Of a stretch of DNA of 64,000 nt, positions 55,281 to 64,000 are shown one piece after another. Position numbers and translations under genes: made by a program. Positions within the stretch are counted from its first letter, which is position 1. The number at the start of each line of letters is the position of its first letter. The stretch spans positions 427,888 through 491,887 of the forward strand of contig JBGLNL010000001.1 of assembly GCA_041300025.1 (NCBI GenBank). The letters run 5' to 3'. The notes beneath the pieces are model-generated. The model was not told the origin of the DNA. It did not search any database and saw nothing but the letters and a program-made list of their open reading frames with translations. This stretch comes from Dehalococcoidia bacterium. GTDB taxonomy: Bacteria > Chloroflexota > Dehalococcoidia > SZUA-161 > SpSt-899.

Positions 55281-56630
55281 TCAGCGTACTATGAGCGCTG
55301 CTTTAATTGCCTCCATGATGGTTCCTACCGGCTGGAGTTTTATGCCACCAAGTGAGGCAAACCCCGGGGGAAGCGGGGAAGGAAGGATACAACTTTCAAA
55401 TCCCAGATTAGCTGCTTCCGCGATGCGCCGATCCGGTTGTGAGACAGGCCTTAACTCTCCACTAAGCCCGATTTCCCCCATAACCACCAGACCGGGATCA
55501 ATTCTGGCATTGCGAAAACTGGAAGCAACAGCAAGCGCTATTCCAAGATCAATCGCCGGTTCGTTTATTCTGATTCCCCCGGCTATATTGGCAATTATGT
55601 CCTGATTGGCCAGCGATATACCGCCCCGGCGAGAGAGCACGGCAGCAAGGAGTACAAGCCGGTTGAAATCCACTCCATTGGCAGTACGGCGCGGCATGCC
55701 ATAGCTGGTGGGATTGGTAAGGGCCTGGATTTCCACCAGAAGCGGTCGAGTTCCTTCAAGCGTAGGAACAATAACCGATCCAACGCTTCCCTCGGTTCGA
55801 TATGAAAGAAGCGCCCGAGAAGGATCGGTTACCTCAAAAAGTCCGCGATCCCTCATCTCGAATATGCCTATTTCGTTGGTAGAACCGAAACGGTTCTTCA
55901 CGCTGCGCAAAATCCTGTTGGCGCTGAACTGTTCACCTTCCAGATAAAGGACCACATCCACCATGTGTTCCATCACATGCGGCCCGGCTATGGCCCCCTC
56001 CTTGGTAACATGCCCCACGAGGAACACAGGTATACCACTCGATTTGGCCCAGCGCATAAACTGCATAGTACATTCTTTCACCTGGCTGATACTTCCAGCC
56101 GCTCCTGCTCCTTCCTGATAGACGGTCTGAATGGAATCTATGACCATCATTTTGGGTTTCAACTCGTCGGCCCGGTGCAAAATAGCTTCCATTCTGATTT
56201 CAGGAAGTATGAGAAGATTTTCCCCTTCAATTCCCAGCCGGTCGGCCCTCAATTTGAGTTGAGGCAGCGATTCTTCACCAGTAACATAAAGCACCTCGCC
56301 CCTTTCCTGAGCTACCGCAGCCGCCACCTGAAGCAAGAGGGTTGACTTCCCAATCCCGGGGTCACCACCAATAAGAACCAGCGAACCGGGAACAATGCCA
56401 CCTCCCAGCACACGGTTGAACTCTGAAAAACGGATCACCAGGCGAGGAGTATCGTCAAGAGAAATACTCCCCAATTCATACGCAGGCGAGGGAGTGAACT
56501 GCGAAGCAGAGCCGGAAACCTCCTTTTCCACCAAGGTATTCCATTCCCCGCATTGCGAACAACGCCCAGCCCATTTCAGGCTTTCAGCCCCACAATTCTG
56601 GCAAATGAATACAGTTCGCGTTTTGACCAT
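55281..56630 (-). CDS. radA: DNA repair protein RadA/Sms
   Basis: CQNCGAESLKWAGRCSQCGEWNT zinc finger, GDPGIGKSTLLLQ, KNRFG motif, Lon-like C-terminal domain. Confidence 0.95.
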   Translation of the reverse strand: MVKTRTVFICQNCGAESLKWAGRCSQCGEWNTLVEKEVSGSASQFTPSPAYELGSISLDDTPRLVIRFSEFNRVLGGGIVPGSLVLIGGDPGIGKSTLLLQVAAAVAQERGEVLYVTGEESLPQLKLRADRLGIEGENLLILPEIRMEAILHRADELKPKMMVIDSIQTVYQEGAGAAGSISQVKECTMQFMRWAKSSGIPVFLVGHVTKEGAIAGPHVMEHMVDVVLYLEGEQFSANRILRSVKNRFGSTNEIGIFEMRDRGLFEVTDPSRALLSYRTEGSVGSVIVPTLEGTRPLLVEIQALTNPTSYGMPRRTANGVDFNRLVLLAAVLSRRGGISLANQDIIANIAGGIRINEPAIDLGIALAVASSFRNARIDPGLVVMGEIGLSGELRPVSQPDRRIAEAANLGFESCILPSPLPPGFASLGGIKLQPVGTIMEAIKAALIVR

Positions 56631-56713
56631 TTCTCTACATTATACGCGGGGAAATATAAAAAAGGGAAGCCTTGGAGAAGGCTCCCCTTTCACCGTTTCA
56701 AAGCTGCCCACCC

Positions 56714-59206
56714 TCATCCGGCCGGCGCTGGCATAGGAGCGGACTGGAACATGATCTCATCCCCTTCTCTCTCAAGGTATATTGTATCACCGATCCCGAA
56801 TTGCCCCTGAAGTATCTTTTCCGACAGGGGATCTTCGATCATGGTTTGTATTGTCCTTCTCAAAGGACGCGCCCCGAATTGAGGGTCATAACCTTTCTCT
56901 GCGAGAAGCTCCCTGACCTCCTGACTTACCTCAAACCCGATATCCTGTTCCTTGAGCTGCTTTTGCACCTGCCCGATCATCAGGTCCACAATCTTGACGA
57001 TGTCTTCTTTAGTCAGCGCATGAAATACCACGGTGCCATCAAGCCTGTTGATAAACTCAGGGCGGAAGCTTTTCTTCATCTCATCCAGGAGCTTGTCTCT
57101 CATCTTCTCGTACGAGAGTTTTTGGACATGAGCCTCATCGCTTCGGCTCACAAAGCCAATAGTGCCTTCTTTTCTGATGGTTTCGGCACCAATATTACTG
57201 GTCATGATGATAATAGTGTTGCGAAAGTCCACACGCTTCCCCTTGGCATCGGTGAGATGCCCATCATCAAATATCTGCAAAAGGATATTGAACACATCCA
57301 CATGCGCCTTCTCAATCTCATCCAAAAGTATGCAGGCATATGATTTGGATCTCACCGCTTCTGTGAGCTGGCCGCCCTCTTCAAATCCGATATACCCCGG
57401 CGGGGCCCCCATCAATCGGGAAACAGAATGTTTTTCCATATATTCCGACATATCCAGCCTGACAAGAGCATCTTCACTGCCAAACATGAATTCAGCCAGT
57501 GCCCTGACCAGTTCCGTCTTTCCCACTCCGGTGGGGCCAAGGAAAATAAACACGCCGATCGGCCTGCGCGGATCCTTTAGCCCTGCCCTTGCCCGGCGTA
57601 CCGCTTTGGCAATCAGTTCTATAGCTTCATCCTGCCCCACAATGCGCTCATGCAAAACCTTTTCCATCTCAAGCAACCGGGTTGTTTCATCGCTCGCCAG
57701 TTTCGTTACCGGGACGCCGGTCCACATGCTGACCACTTCGGCAATGTCCTCTTCCCCAACTTCAATTTTTGCACCGGACCGGTCATCTTTCCATTCCTGC
57801 TTGGATTTGCTTATCCGTTCCTCAAGCTTCATTTCTCTATCCCGTAGCTCGGCTGCGTATTCGTATTGCTGGGCGCCAATAGATTGTTCCTTTTCGGTGC
57901 GCAATATATCTAATTGTTTCTGCAAATCTGCTATGGGAAGAGGAGGAGTCATATTTTCAATGCGCACCCGGGAGGAAGCCTCATCAATAAGGTCTATGGC
58001 TTTGTCCGGCAGGAACCTGTCCGGAATATAGCGAGCCGCCAGATTGGCGGCCGCCTTTAATGCTGCTTCAGTTATAGAGAGATGATGATATTCTTCGTAT
58101 CGAGATTTTATTCCTTTGAGGATTTCCACGGTTTCTTCGATTGTAGGCTCCTCGACCAATATCGCACCAAAACGCCGCTCCAGAGCAGCATCCTTTTCCA
58201 CATATTTACGGTATTCGGCCGCCGTGGTCGCCCCGATACACTGCAACTCCCCGCGCGCCAGAGCCGGTTTGAGAAGGCTGGAAGCATCGACCGCCCCCTC
58301 GGCAGCCCCGGCTCCAACAAGTGTATGAATCTCATCTATGAAAAGCATCACATTGCCAGCCTGCTTAATCTCGGCGATAACTTTCTTCAACCGCTCCTCA
58401 AATTCCCCGCGATATTTAGTTCCGGCAACCAGCGCACCGATATCAAGTGTCACCAGCCTTTTGCCTCGCAAGGTATCCGGGATATCGCCACTGGCGACCC
58501 GATGCGCGATGGCCTCGGCAATGGCGGTCTTACCCACGCCGGCTTCGCCTATAAGTACTGGATTATTCTTCCGCCGCCGACTGAGAATCTGGATAACCCG
58601 TTGTTGTTCTTTAGCCCGGCCAATTACGGGGTCGAGCTTACCTGCACGGGCAGCTTCCGTAAGATCGATTCCCAGTTGATCGAGAGTAGGAGTTTTTGAA
58701 GCAATTCCGGATTTTGGCCCGGAACTCGCGCCGGCACCGGCAGGAGTTTTGCCCTGAGGTAAACTTTCATTGAGGAAGCGTAACACTTCGGCGCGGGCCT
58801 TTTCCAAGCTTACACCCAGACTTTCCAGCACCCCGGCAGCCACACCCTCGCCTTCCCTCAGTAAGCCCAGAAGCAAATGCTCCGTGCCAATGTAATTATG
58901 GTTTAAATGCCTTGCTTCATCGACCGCAAGTTCAATTACTTTTTTAGCTCTGGGGGTTAGGCCTACTTCACCCTGGCTCTTACTCTCCCCACGACCGATC
59001 ACAAATTCAACGGCCGTCCTGACTTTTTCCAAGTCCACGCCAAGGTTTGCCAGCACCTTGGTACCAACACCAGTTCCTTCACTGACAATCCCTAAAAGTA
59101 TGTGCTCTGTGCTGATATAGCTATGATTAAAGCGTTGAGCTTCTTCCTGAGCCAGAGCCAGCACTTTCCGGGCTCTTTCGGTGAATTTATCAAATCGACT
59201 GGGCAT
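56714..59206 (-). CDS. clpC: ATP-dependent Clp protease ATP-binding subunit ClpC-type (class I Clp/Hsp100)
   Basis: Duplicated Clp_N repeats and two AAA modules ([12 protein letters not shown]; [14 protein letters not shown]). 830 aa. Confidence 0.93.
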   Translation of the reverse strand: MPSRFDKFTERARKVLALAQEEAQRFNHSYISTEHILLGIVSEGTGVGTKVLANLGVDLEKVRTAVEFVIGRGESKSQGEVGLTPRAKKVIELAVDEARHLNHNYIGTEHLLLGLLREGEGVAAGVLESLGVSLEKARAEVLRFLNESLPQGKTPAGAGASSGPKSGIASKTPTLDQLGIDLTEAARAGKLDPVIGRAKEQQRVIQILSRRRKNNPVLIGEAGVGKTAIAEAIAHRVASGDIPDTLRGKRLVTLDIGALVAGTKYRGEFEERLKKVIAEIKQAGNVMLFIDEIHTLVGAGAAEGAVDASSLLKPALARGELQCIGATTAAEYRKYVEKDAALERRFGAILVEEPTIEETVEILKGIKSRYEEYHHLSITEAALKAAANLAARYIPDRFLPDKAIDLIDEASSRVRIENMTPPLPIADLQKQLDILRTEKEQSIGAQQYEYAAELRDREMKLEERISKSKQEWKDDRSGAKIEVGEEDIAEVVSMWTGVPVTKLASDETTRLLEMEKVLHERIVGQDEAIELIAKAVRRARAGLKDPRRPIGVFIFLGPTGVGKTELVRALAEFMFGSEDALVRLDMSEYMEKHSVSRLMGAPPGYIGFEEGGQLTEAVRSKSYACILLDEIEKAHVDVFNILLQIFDDGHLTDAKGKRVDFRNTIIIMTSNIGAETIRKEGTIGFVSRSDEAHVQKLSYEKMRDKLLDEMKKSFRPEFINRLDGTVVFHALTKEDIVKIVDLMIGQVQKQLKEQDIGFEVSQEVRELLAEKGYDPQFGARPLRRTIQTMIEDPLSEKILQGQFGIGDTIYLEREGDEIMFQSAPMPAPAG

Positions 59207-59506
59207 CTTCTCACCTCAACAATTTCAGCCTGTGTTTTATATTATACTCTTCCTACCAGACAAGGTCAAAGTAAACTCCCCTTTACAAAACCCTCTCTAG
59301 AAACGAAGTAGCCCTGATTTTACCATAATAATATACACAATACCAGCCTTCTGAAATAATGGTTATCCCTGATTTGCCAGAGGGATTAGTTTATAGGGTG
59401 ACAAATTACCGGCAAAGCAATTCTTAAAGTTCCGCGGTGTTCACGGCAAACAGTGAAATCTGCTATAATGAAACGGTAATTTTTTCAATTTTAAGGAGGA
59501 TAAATA

Positions 59507-60673
59507 ATGGATTTTGAACTACCCGAAGATATGAAGTTGTTGCGGAACACGGTTCGTCAATTCGCTGATGAACAGATTGCCCCATATGCAGATGAGTGGG
59601 ATGAGAAACACTATCTGCCATATAAAGAAGCCATCAAGCCAATGGCAAAACTGGGCTTTTTCGGAACCGTTATTCCTGAGGAATATGGCGGCAACAATAT
59701 GGGATGGCTGGCAGCCATAATTATAACGGAGGAAATCGCCCGGGCTTCCAGTTCCCTGAGGGTTCAGATCAATATGGAAACGCTGGGTTGCGCCTATACC
59801 ATTTACCGATATGGTTCTGACGAACTGAAGAAAAAAGGGTACATTCAAAAGCTGGTCAATGCGGATTATCTGGGTTGCTTCGGCATCACCGAGCCGGAAG
59901 CCGGCTCAGATGTGATGGGTATTAAAACCACCGCAGTTGATAAAGGTGATCACTGGCTAATCAACGGCTCCAAAACATGGATCTCCAACTCCAATGTTGC
60001 CGATGTTCTTATATGCTATGCCTATACAGATAAAGAAGCCCGGGGAAAAGGGCTCTCGGCATTTGTTGTTGAGCCGAAGAACTTCAAGGGCATCAGCACG
60101 ACCGCTCTGGACAAGATGGGAACCCGATCAACACCCACCGGAGAGGTGTTCTTTGAAGATGCAAAAATACCCAAAGAAAACATCCTGGGTAAACCGGGTG
60201 ACGGCGCCAAAATCGTCTTTACTTCTCTGAATCAGACACGCCTTTCCGCCGCGGCCGGCGGCATCGGGGTAGCGCAGGCTTGTCTGGACTACACCATTAA
60301 TTACTGCCAGGAACGCAACCAGTTTGGCGAACCTATCGGTAATTTCCAGATGAATCAGGACTTGATCGCCCAGGTCGCCTGTGAACTGGAGGCCGCCCGA
60401 TACATGGTATACAAGGCTGCTCAGGAAAAAGACAAAGGGGATATCGGTAACACCTACGAAGTAGCAGTTGCCAAGTACCTTTCCGGTGAAATCGCTGTTA
60501 AAGCCTCCCGCATGGCAATGAAAACCATGGGAGCATATGGATATTCCACCGAGTACCCGGTGGCCCGTTACTACCGCGATGCGCCGTTGTATGAGATAGT
60601 AGAGGGATCCTCAAACACCGTCAAAAGAATCGTGGCAATGGACTTGCTGGGTATTCGCAAAGCCAACCGGTAA
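59507..60673 (+). CDS. acyl-CoA dehydrogenase (short/medium-chain or glutaryl-type)
   Basis: Full ACAD pattern with GITEPEAGSD and a canonical C-terminal VEGSS catalytic Glu context. RBS taaggaggataaataATG. Confidence 0.9.
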   Translation: MDFELPEDMKLLRNTVRQFADEQIAPYADEWDEKHYLPYKEAIKPMAKLGFFGTVIPEEYGGNNMGWLAAIIITEEIARASSSLRVQINMETLGCAYTIYRYGSDELKKKGYIQKLVNADYLGCFGITEPEAGSDVMGIKTTAVDKGDHWLINGSKTWISNSNVADVLICYAYTDKEARGKGLSAFVVEPKNFKGISTTALDKMGTRSTPTGEVFFEDAKIPKENILGKPGDGAKIVFTSLNQTRLSAAAGGIGVAQACLDYTINYCQERNQFGEPIGNFQMNQDLIAQVACELEAARYMVYKAAQEKDKGDIGNTYEVAVAKYLSGEIAVKASRMAMKTMGAYGYSTEYPVARYYRDAPLYEIVEGSSNTVKRIVAMDLLGIRKANR

Positions 60674-60686
60674 TTTTTAATTAAGG

Positions 60687-60736
60687 AAATCCCCCCTCAG
60701 TCTCCCTTTCATAAAGTGGGAGAGGGGGGATTTTTT
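60687..60736 (+). terminator. long G/C hairpin plus T-run after the ACAD gene (overlaps the 3' end of convergent mazG)
   Basis: AAATCCCCCCTC (60687-60698) pairs with GAGGGGGGATTT (60722-60733), followed by TTTTT. Confidence 0.6.
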
Positions 60737-61503
60737 AGAGCCTTTTTTGCCTCCTGCCACAGCGCCTCAAGTTCATCGATGGGCAACCTGTTCATCGAAA
60801 CGCCACGCTGGCGGCACAGTTTCTCCATGTAAGCAAAGCGCTCACAGAATCGTTCATTGGCTCCCTTTAGCGCACTTTCAAGATCAATTTCCATCCAACG
60901 GGCAGCGTTGGCCAGCGCGAAAATCAGATCGCCAAATTCAGATACCCTCTCCTGATGATTTTCAGCCTGTCTTATCTCCTCCAGCTCTTCACTCACCTTC
61001 TCCAGCACACCATCAATCTTGTCCCAGTCGAAGCCAACCCTGGAGGCACGCTGCTGAACGATCTGGCTATAGGCCAGGGCAGAAATACCCCTGGGAATGC
61101 CATCGAGGAGTGATTTCTCAGCTTTTCCCTCGGTACGTTTAATCTCTTCCCAGTTCAGCATAACCTCGTTTTCATCAGCAACTTTCGTCTCCCCGAATAC
61201 ATGCGGATGCCGCCGGATAAGCTTTTCGTTGATTCCCCGCAGGACATCTGCCATCTCAAATTCGCCGTATTCCTCGGCTATCCGGGCATGCAGGCCAATC
61301 TGGAGAAGCAAATCCCCCAGCTCTTCACATAGCTTGTCGGGGTCTTCATCATCGAGGGTCTGGAGAGTCTCATAGGCTTCTTCTATGAGATAAGGCTTCA
61401 GGGATTCGTGGGTTTGCCGCCGATCCCAGGGGCAGCCATCGGGAGCACGCAATCTGGCAACAATACGGCAGAAGGCTTCAAATGTGCCTAAATCCTCTTC
61501 CAT
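60709..61503 (-). CDS. mazG: MazG nucleoside triphosphate pyrophosphohydrolase
   Basis: CPWDRRQTHESL, LIEEAYE and ELGDLLLQ motifs, with tandem MazG domains. Confidence 0.9.
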   Translation of the reverse strand: MEEDLGTFEAFCRIVARLRAPDGCPWDRRQTHESLKPYLIEEAYETLQTLDDEDPDKLCEELGDLLLQIGLHARIAEEYGEFEMADVLRGINEKLIRRHPHVFGETKVADENEVMLNWEEIKRTEGKAEKSLLDGIPRGISALAYSQIVQQRASRVGFDWDKIDGVLEKVSEELEEIRQAENHQERVSEFGDLIFALANAARWMEIDLESALKGANERFCERFAYMEKLCRQRGVSMNRLPIDELEALWQEAKKALKNPPSPTL

Positions 61504-61551
61504 TGCACACAAATTATATCAGAAATCGATATTACCGATGGCGCGATTCAA

Positions 61552-62325
61552 TTACTTCGGTGACATCTGGGCAATCAGGGCAGCACCAAGAGCCCCCATT
61601 ATCTGCGGATTCTCCCCTACTATCACTTCCATTCCGAGCTCTTTCTCCAGAAAATACTTCACGCCTATGTTCTTGGCCACCCCGCCCGTGAATACGATTT
61701 TATCCTTGTAACCTACCGTCTTCCCCATGATGACTACCCTTCGTGCTACGGCACGGTGGATTCCCGCTACCATATCCTCTCTCGGGGTATTTTCGGCGCG
61801 GAGAGAAACCATCTCGGATTCGGCAAAGATAGTGCATGTACTGGTAATACTGGAAGGGTTTTTACTTTTGAGTGCTTCCGGGCCCATCTCATCGATGGTG
61901 AGCTCCAGCACATCTGCCATCACTTCCAGGAACCGGCCGGTGCCGGCGGCACATTTGTCATTCATCACGAAGTCAGCCACCGTCCCATCCGCACGCGGGC
62001 CGATAACTTTGCTGTCCTGCCCGCCAATATCGATGATGGTTCTGGCTTCAGGGATCAGGTGGTTCACACCCTTGGCATGGCAGATGATCTCGCTGATACC
62101 TCTGCTGGCGAAGGACACCGAGTGACGGGCATAACCTGTTGAAATGATCGCATCAAGATCAGACATGGTAAGTCCGGCTATTGCCAGAGCATCCTCGGTA
62201 ACTTTCAGGGCTGATTCCTGCACCCTTGCTCCGGTGGGCATAACCTTGAAGGCAATCATCTCGCCATCCTTGACAATGGCCGTTTTGGCCGTGGCGGCGC
62301 CAACATCAACTCCTGCTGTTATCAT
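61552..62325 (-). CDS. 2-hydroxyacyl-CoA dehydratase / benzoyl-CoA reductase-type activator ATPase (BcrAD_BadFG, HgdC-like)
   Basis: MITAGVDVGAATAKTAIV, NDKCAAGTGRFLE (cluster-bridging Cys context), FTGGVAKN. 257 aa. Confidence 0.88.
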   Translation of the reverse strand: MITAGVDVGAATAKTAIVKDGEMIAFKVMPTGARVQESALKVTEDALAIAGLTMSDLDAIISTGYARHSVSFASRGISEIICHAKGVNHLIPEARTIIDIGGQDSKVIGPRADGTVADFVMNDKCAAGTGRFLEVMADVLELTIDEMGPEALKSKNPSSITSTCTIFAESEMVSLRAENTPREDMVAGIHRAVARRVVIMGKTVGYKDKIVFTGGVAKNIGVKYFLEKELGMEVIVGENPQIMGALGAALIAQMSPK

Positions 62326-62378
62326 TGTTTCATGTTCTCCATCTGAGGATACGTTGCAACGCGCCCCTAACTATAACC

Positions 62379-63371
62379 CTATCCCCTTGCAGCAGCTTTC
62401 ATTTCCTTATCCATCTTGACAACTTCAGCGAACGACTCAAGACGGGTTCTAAGCTGCTCGGCGCTGTAGTTACGGGTGTCATAGCCATCGGTTTCCAGTA
62501 CGATGGCCGGAATGCCGAATTCTTTTTGGATATCAAGCTTCGCCATAATCGGGTCTATAGCCCAGGGACGGCAGTTATAGGCATAAGACATTATCACCGC
62601 ATCAATCCTGAAATCCCGGCAAACAGCCTTCCAGTATTCAATGGCGGCGGAAGCATCGCAAAGCTGGGGGCGACGGTACAAGCCTTCGGCGATTTTATCT
62701 ACCATATCGGTGTACGGGCTTTTGGTAAGCTCCTGCGGGCAAAGCCAGTCCACGAAGACCGTGGGAAGACAGAGGCCAAGCTCTTCCACCATTCTGATCG
62801 GGGTAGTATCAACATTGGTTCTCAGTGCCAGGTAAACACGGGGAGCTCCCTTGGGCACCACGCCTTCTCCCGCATCGATCTTTTTCTTTATTTCCCGTAC
62901 CATGGTGCTGAGTCCATCGACTGCCTGTTCCCGGTACTCGGTGGCAATGGCCCAGAGGCCGTATGGTAAATTAACGTTTGCCTGGCTGATGGGCTGGGGA
63001 TCAGCCGCATTCATCATACGGGTGATATTCTGCATGCCATACAACCACTTGGCTACGTATCTGAAACCCTCTTTCAATTGATCTTCAGTGGTTTCTACAC
63101 CGCAAATTTCCTTAACTCGCTGGAGGCCCAGCCGAATTGTATTGGCGCTGTACTTCACGGCGCGCTCATCGATTTCCGGCCATGCGCCCCATGCCCAGTC
63201 ATTGAGCCCGTCAAGATAAAAAATCTCGAAGTTGTAGAGCTCACTCATCATTTCCTCGGTCTCGGCTGCCTGATCGCAGAACCATCCGGAGCCCAGCCCC
63301 AGATCAGGTTTTTTACACGAGGTGACGCACTCGGTGGATCGATGCGTAATGTCGGAGGACAGTTGACCCAA
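62379..63371 (-). pseudogene. 2-hydroxyacyl-CoA dehydratase family (HGD-D) subunit, 5'-truncated
   Basis: HGD-D-like over about 325 codons. The ORF opens only with a TTG at the junction and the upstream sequence is unrelated AT-rich DNA. No partner subunit is present. Confidence 0.6.
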
Positions 63372-63914
63372 CGTAAATTCACAAGGGCAATTATTTCAAG
63401 CTTAACAATCGCCGGTATTTCTTATCATTGGTTACATAATTCCAATCATGATTGGGCGAAAATGCCAAAAGAAGATGCTGATATTGAGTTACATCTGCGT
63501 GGTTTAAGCTGGACTGATCGCAAACGGAAAAGAACAGTGATATTCAATCTAACTGTACCTTTGACCAAAAACAACGTTGACCTTTGCCTTTTTAATTGCG
63601 CATACAAGGATATATCATCTTCTATATATAATTCCCCTAAACAATATCTGGCACTCGGTGAACTTAAAGGCGGTATTGATCCTGCTGGTGCAGATGAGCA
63701 CTGGAAAACTGCAAGAACAGCACTGTCCCGACTTCGAAAGGCTTTTAGCGATAACCGATTATCTCCCCAAACATTTTTTGTCGGGGCTGCAATACAGAAA
63801 AAGATGTCTAGCGAAATATGGAATCAATTGGAAAGCGGGACTCTTGGCAATGCTGCAAATTTGACCAACGAGAATCAAGTAGCCTCAATATCTCGGTGGC
63901 TTTGTGATCTGTAA
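63372..63914 (+). pseudogene. PD-(D/E)xK type II restriction endonuclease-like protein, 3' fragment (5'-truncated)
   Basis: ...YKDISSS...[25 protein letters not shown], a D...ExK catalytic pattern. Markedly AT-richer than the flanking DNA. No start codon or RBS at the junction. The exact RE family is not identified. Confidence 0.5.
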
Positions 63915-64000
63915 ATATTTGACCGGCATAACACCTTGCATTATAGAAGCGGTTAGCAGAAGAGAATGGCAATATCTGGGGCCATGAGCCCGGCTCATAG

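Noticed and set aside
59255-59285. Possible CtsR operator upstream of clpC (AGGTCAAAGTAAACTCC)
   Set aside because: Only one GGTCAAA heptad is present. The second direct repeat required for a CtsR box is absent, and no ctsR gene is seen.

Overview
This is a 64-kb window, roughly 50-55% GC by eye, densely coding on both strands. The gene content fits an anaerobic bacterium: tungsten-type aldehyde:ferredoxin oxidoreductase, an HgdC/BcrA-type activase, CooC, Fhs/FolD, and a malate dehydrogenase-fumarase-fumarate reductase cluster. The taxon cannot be determined from sequence alone. I call about 75 protein-coding features. They cover housekeeping (SecA, ClpC, RadA, Prs, Pgk, NadK, a DEAD-box helicase), acyl-CoA metabolism (3 acyl-CoA dehydrogenases, 2 crotonases, an OYE/FadH-type reductase), an ArsR-controlled permease/thiol-disulfide cluster, and a TetR-associated Liv-type ABC transporter + SDR + AOR island. 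I recognised no rRNA, tRNA, CRISPR array, transposase, integrase or phage gene. I could not support any coherent new multi-gene system such as defence or secretion.

Four things stand out:
1. The window is a mosaic. At least seven abrupt junctions cut recognisable genes mid-domain (dnaX, TauE, rtcB, a family-III CoA-transferase, a beta-helix protein, a family-5 SBP, dapA-like, atpB, an HGD-D dehydratase subunit, a restriction endonuclease). They fall at suspiciously regular intervals of about 10 kb, and one is bridged by a 66-nt poly-G run. A technical origin (chimeric assembly or concatenation) is more likely than biology, but this needs read-level checking.
2. A modular family of G5/C5-hairpin intergenic repeats has 5 copies in the window. 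One copy is bounded by 15-nt terminal inverted repeats and looks like a MITE.
3. A tandem acyl-CoA dehydrogenase pair has its catalytic Glu shifted in one member and absent in the other.
4. There are smaller oddities: a lipoprotein gene with an in-frame TGA, a 33-codon DGC-domain remnant, and a 930-bp non-coding AT-rich gap containing palindromes and a 34-codon Lys-rich ORF.

All coordinates of starts and junctions are by-eye estimates.
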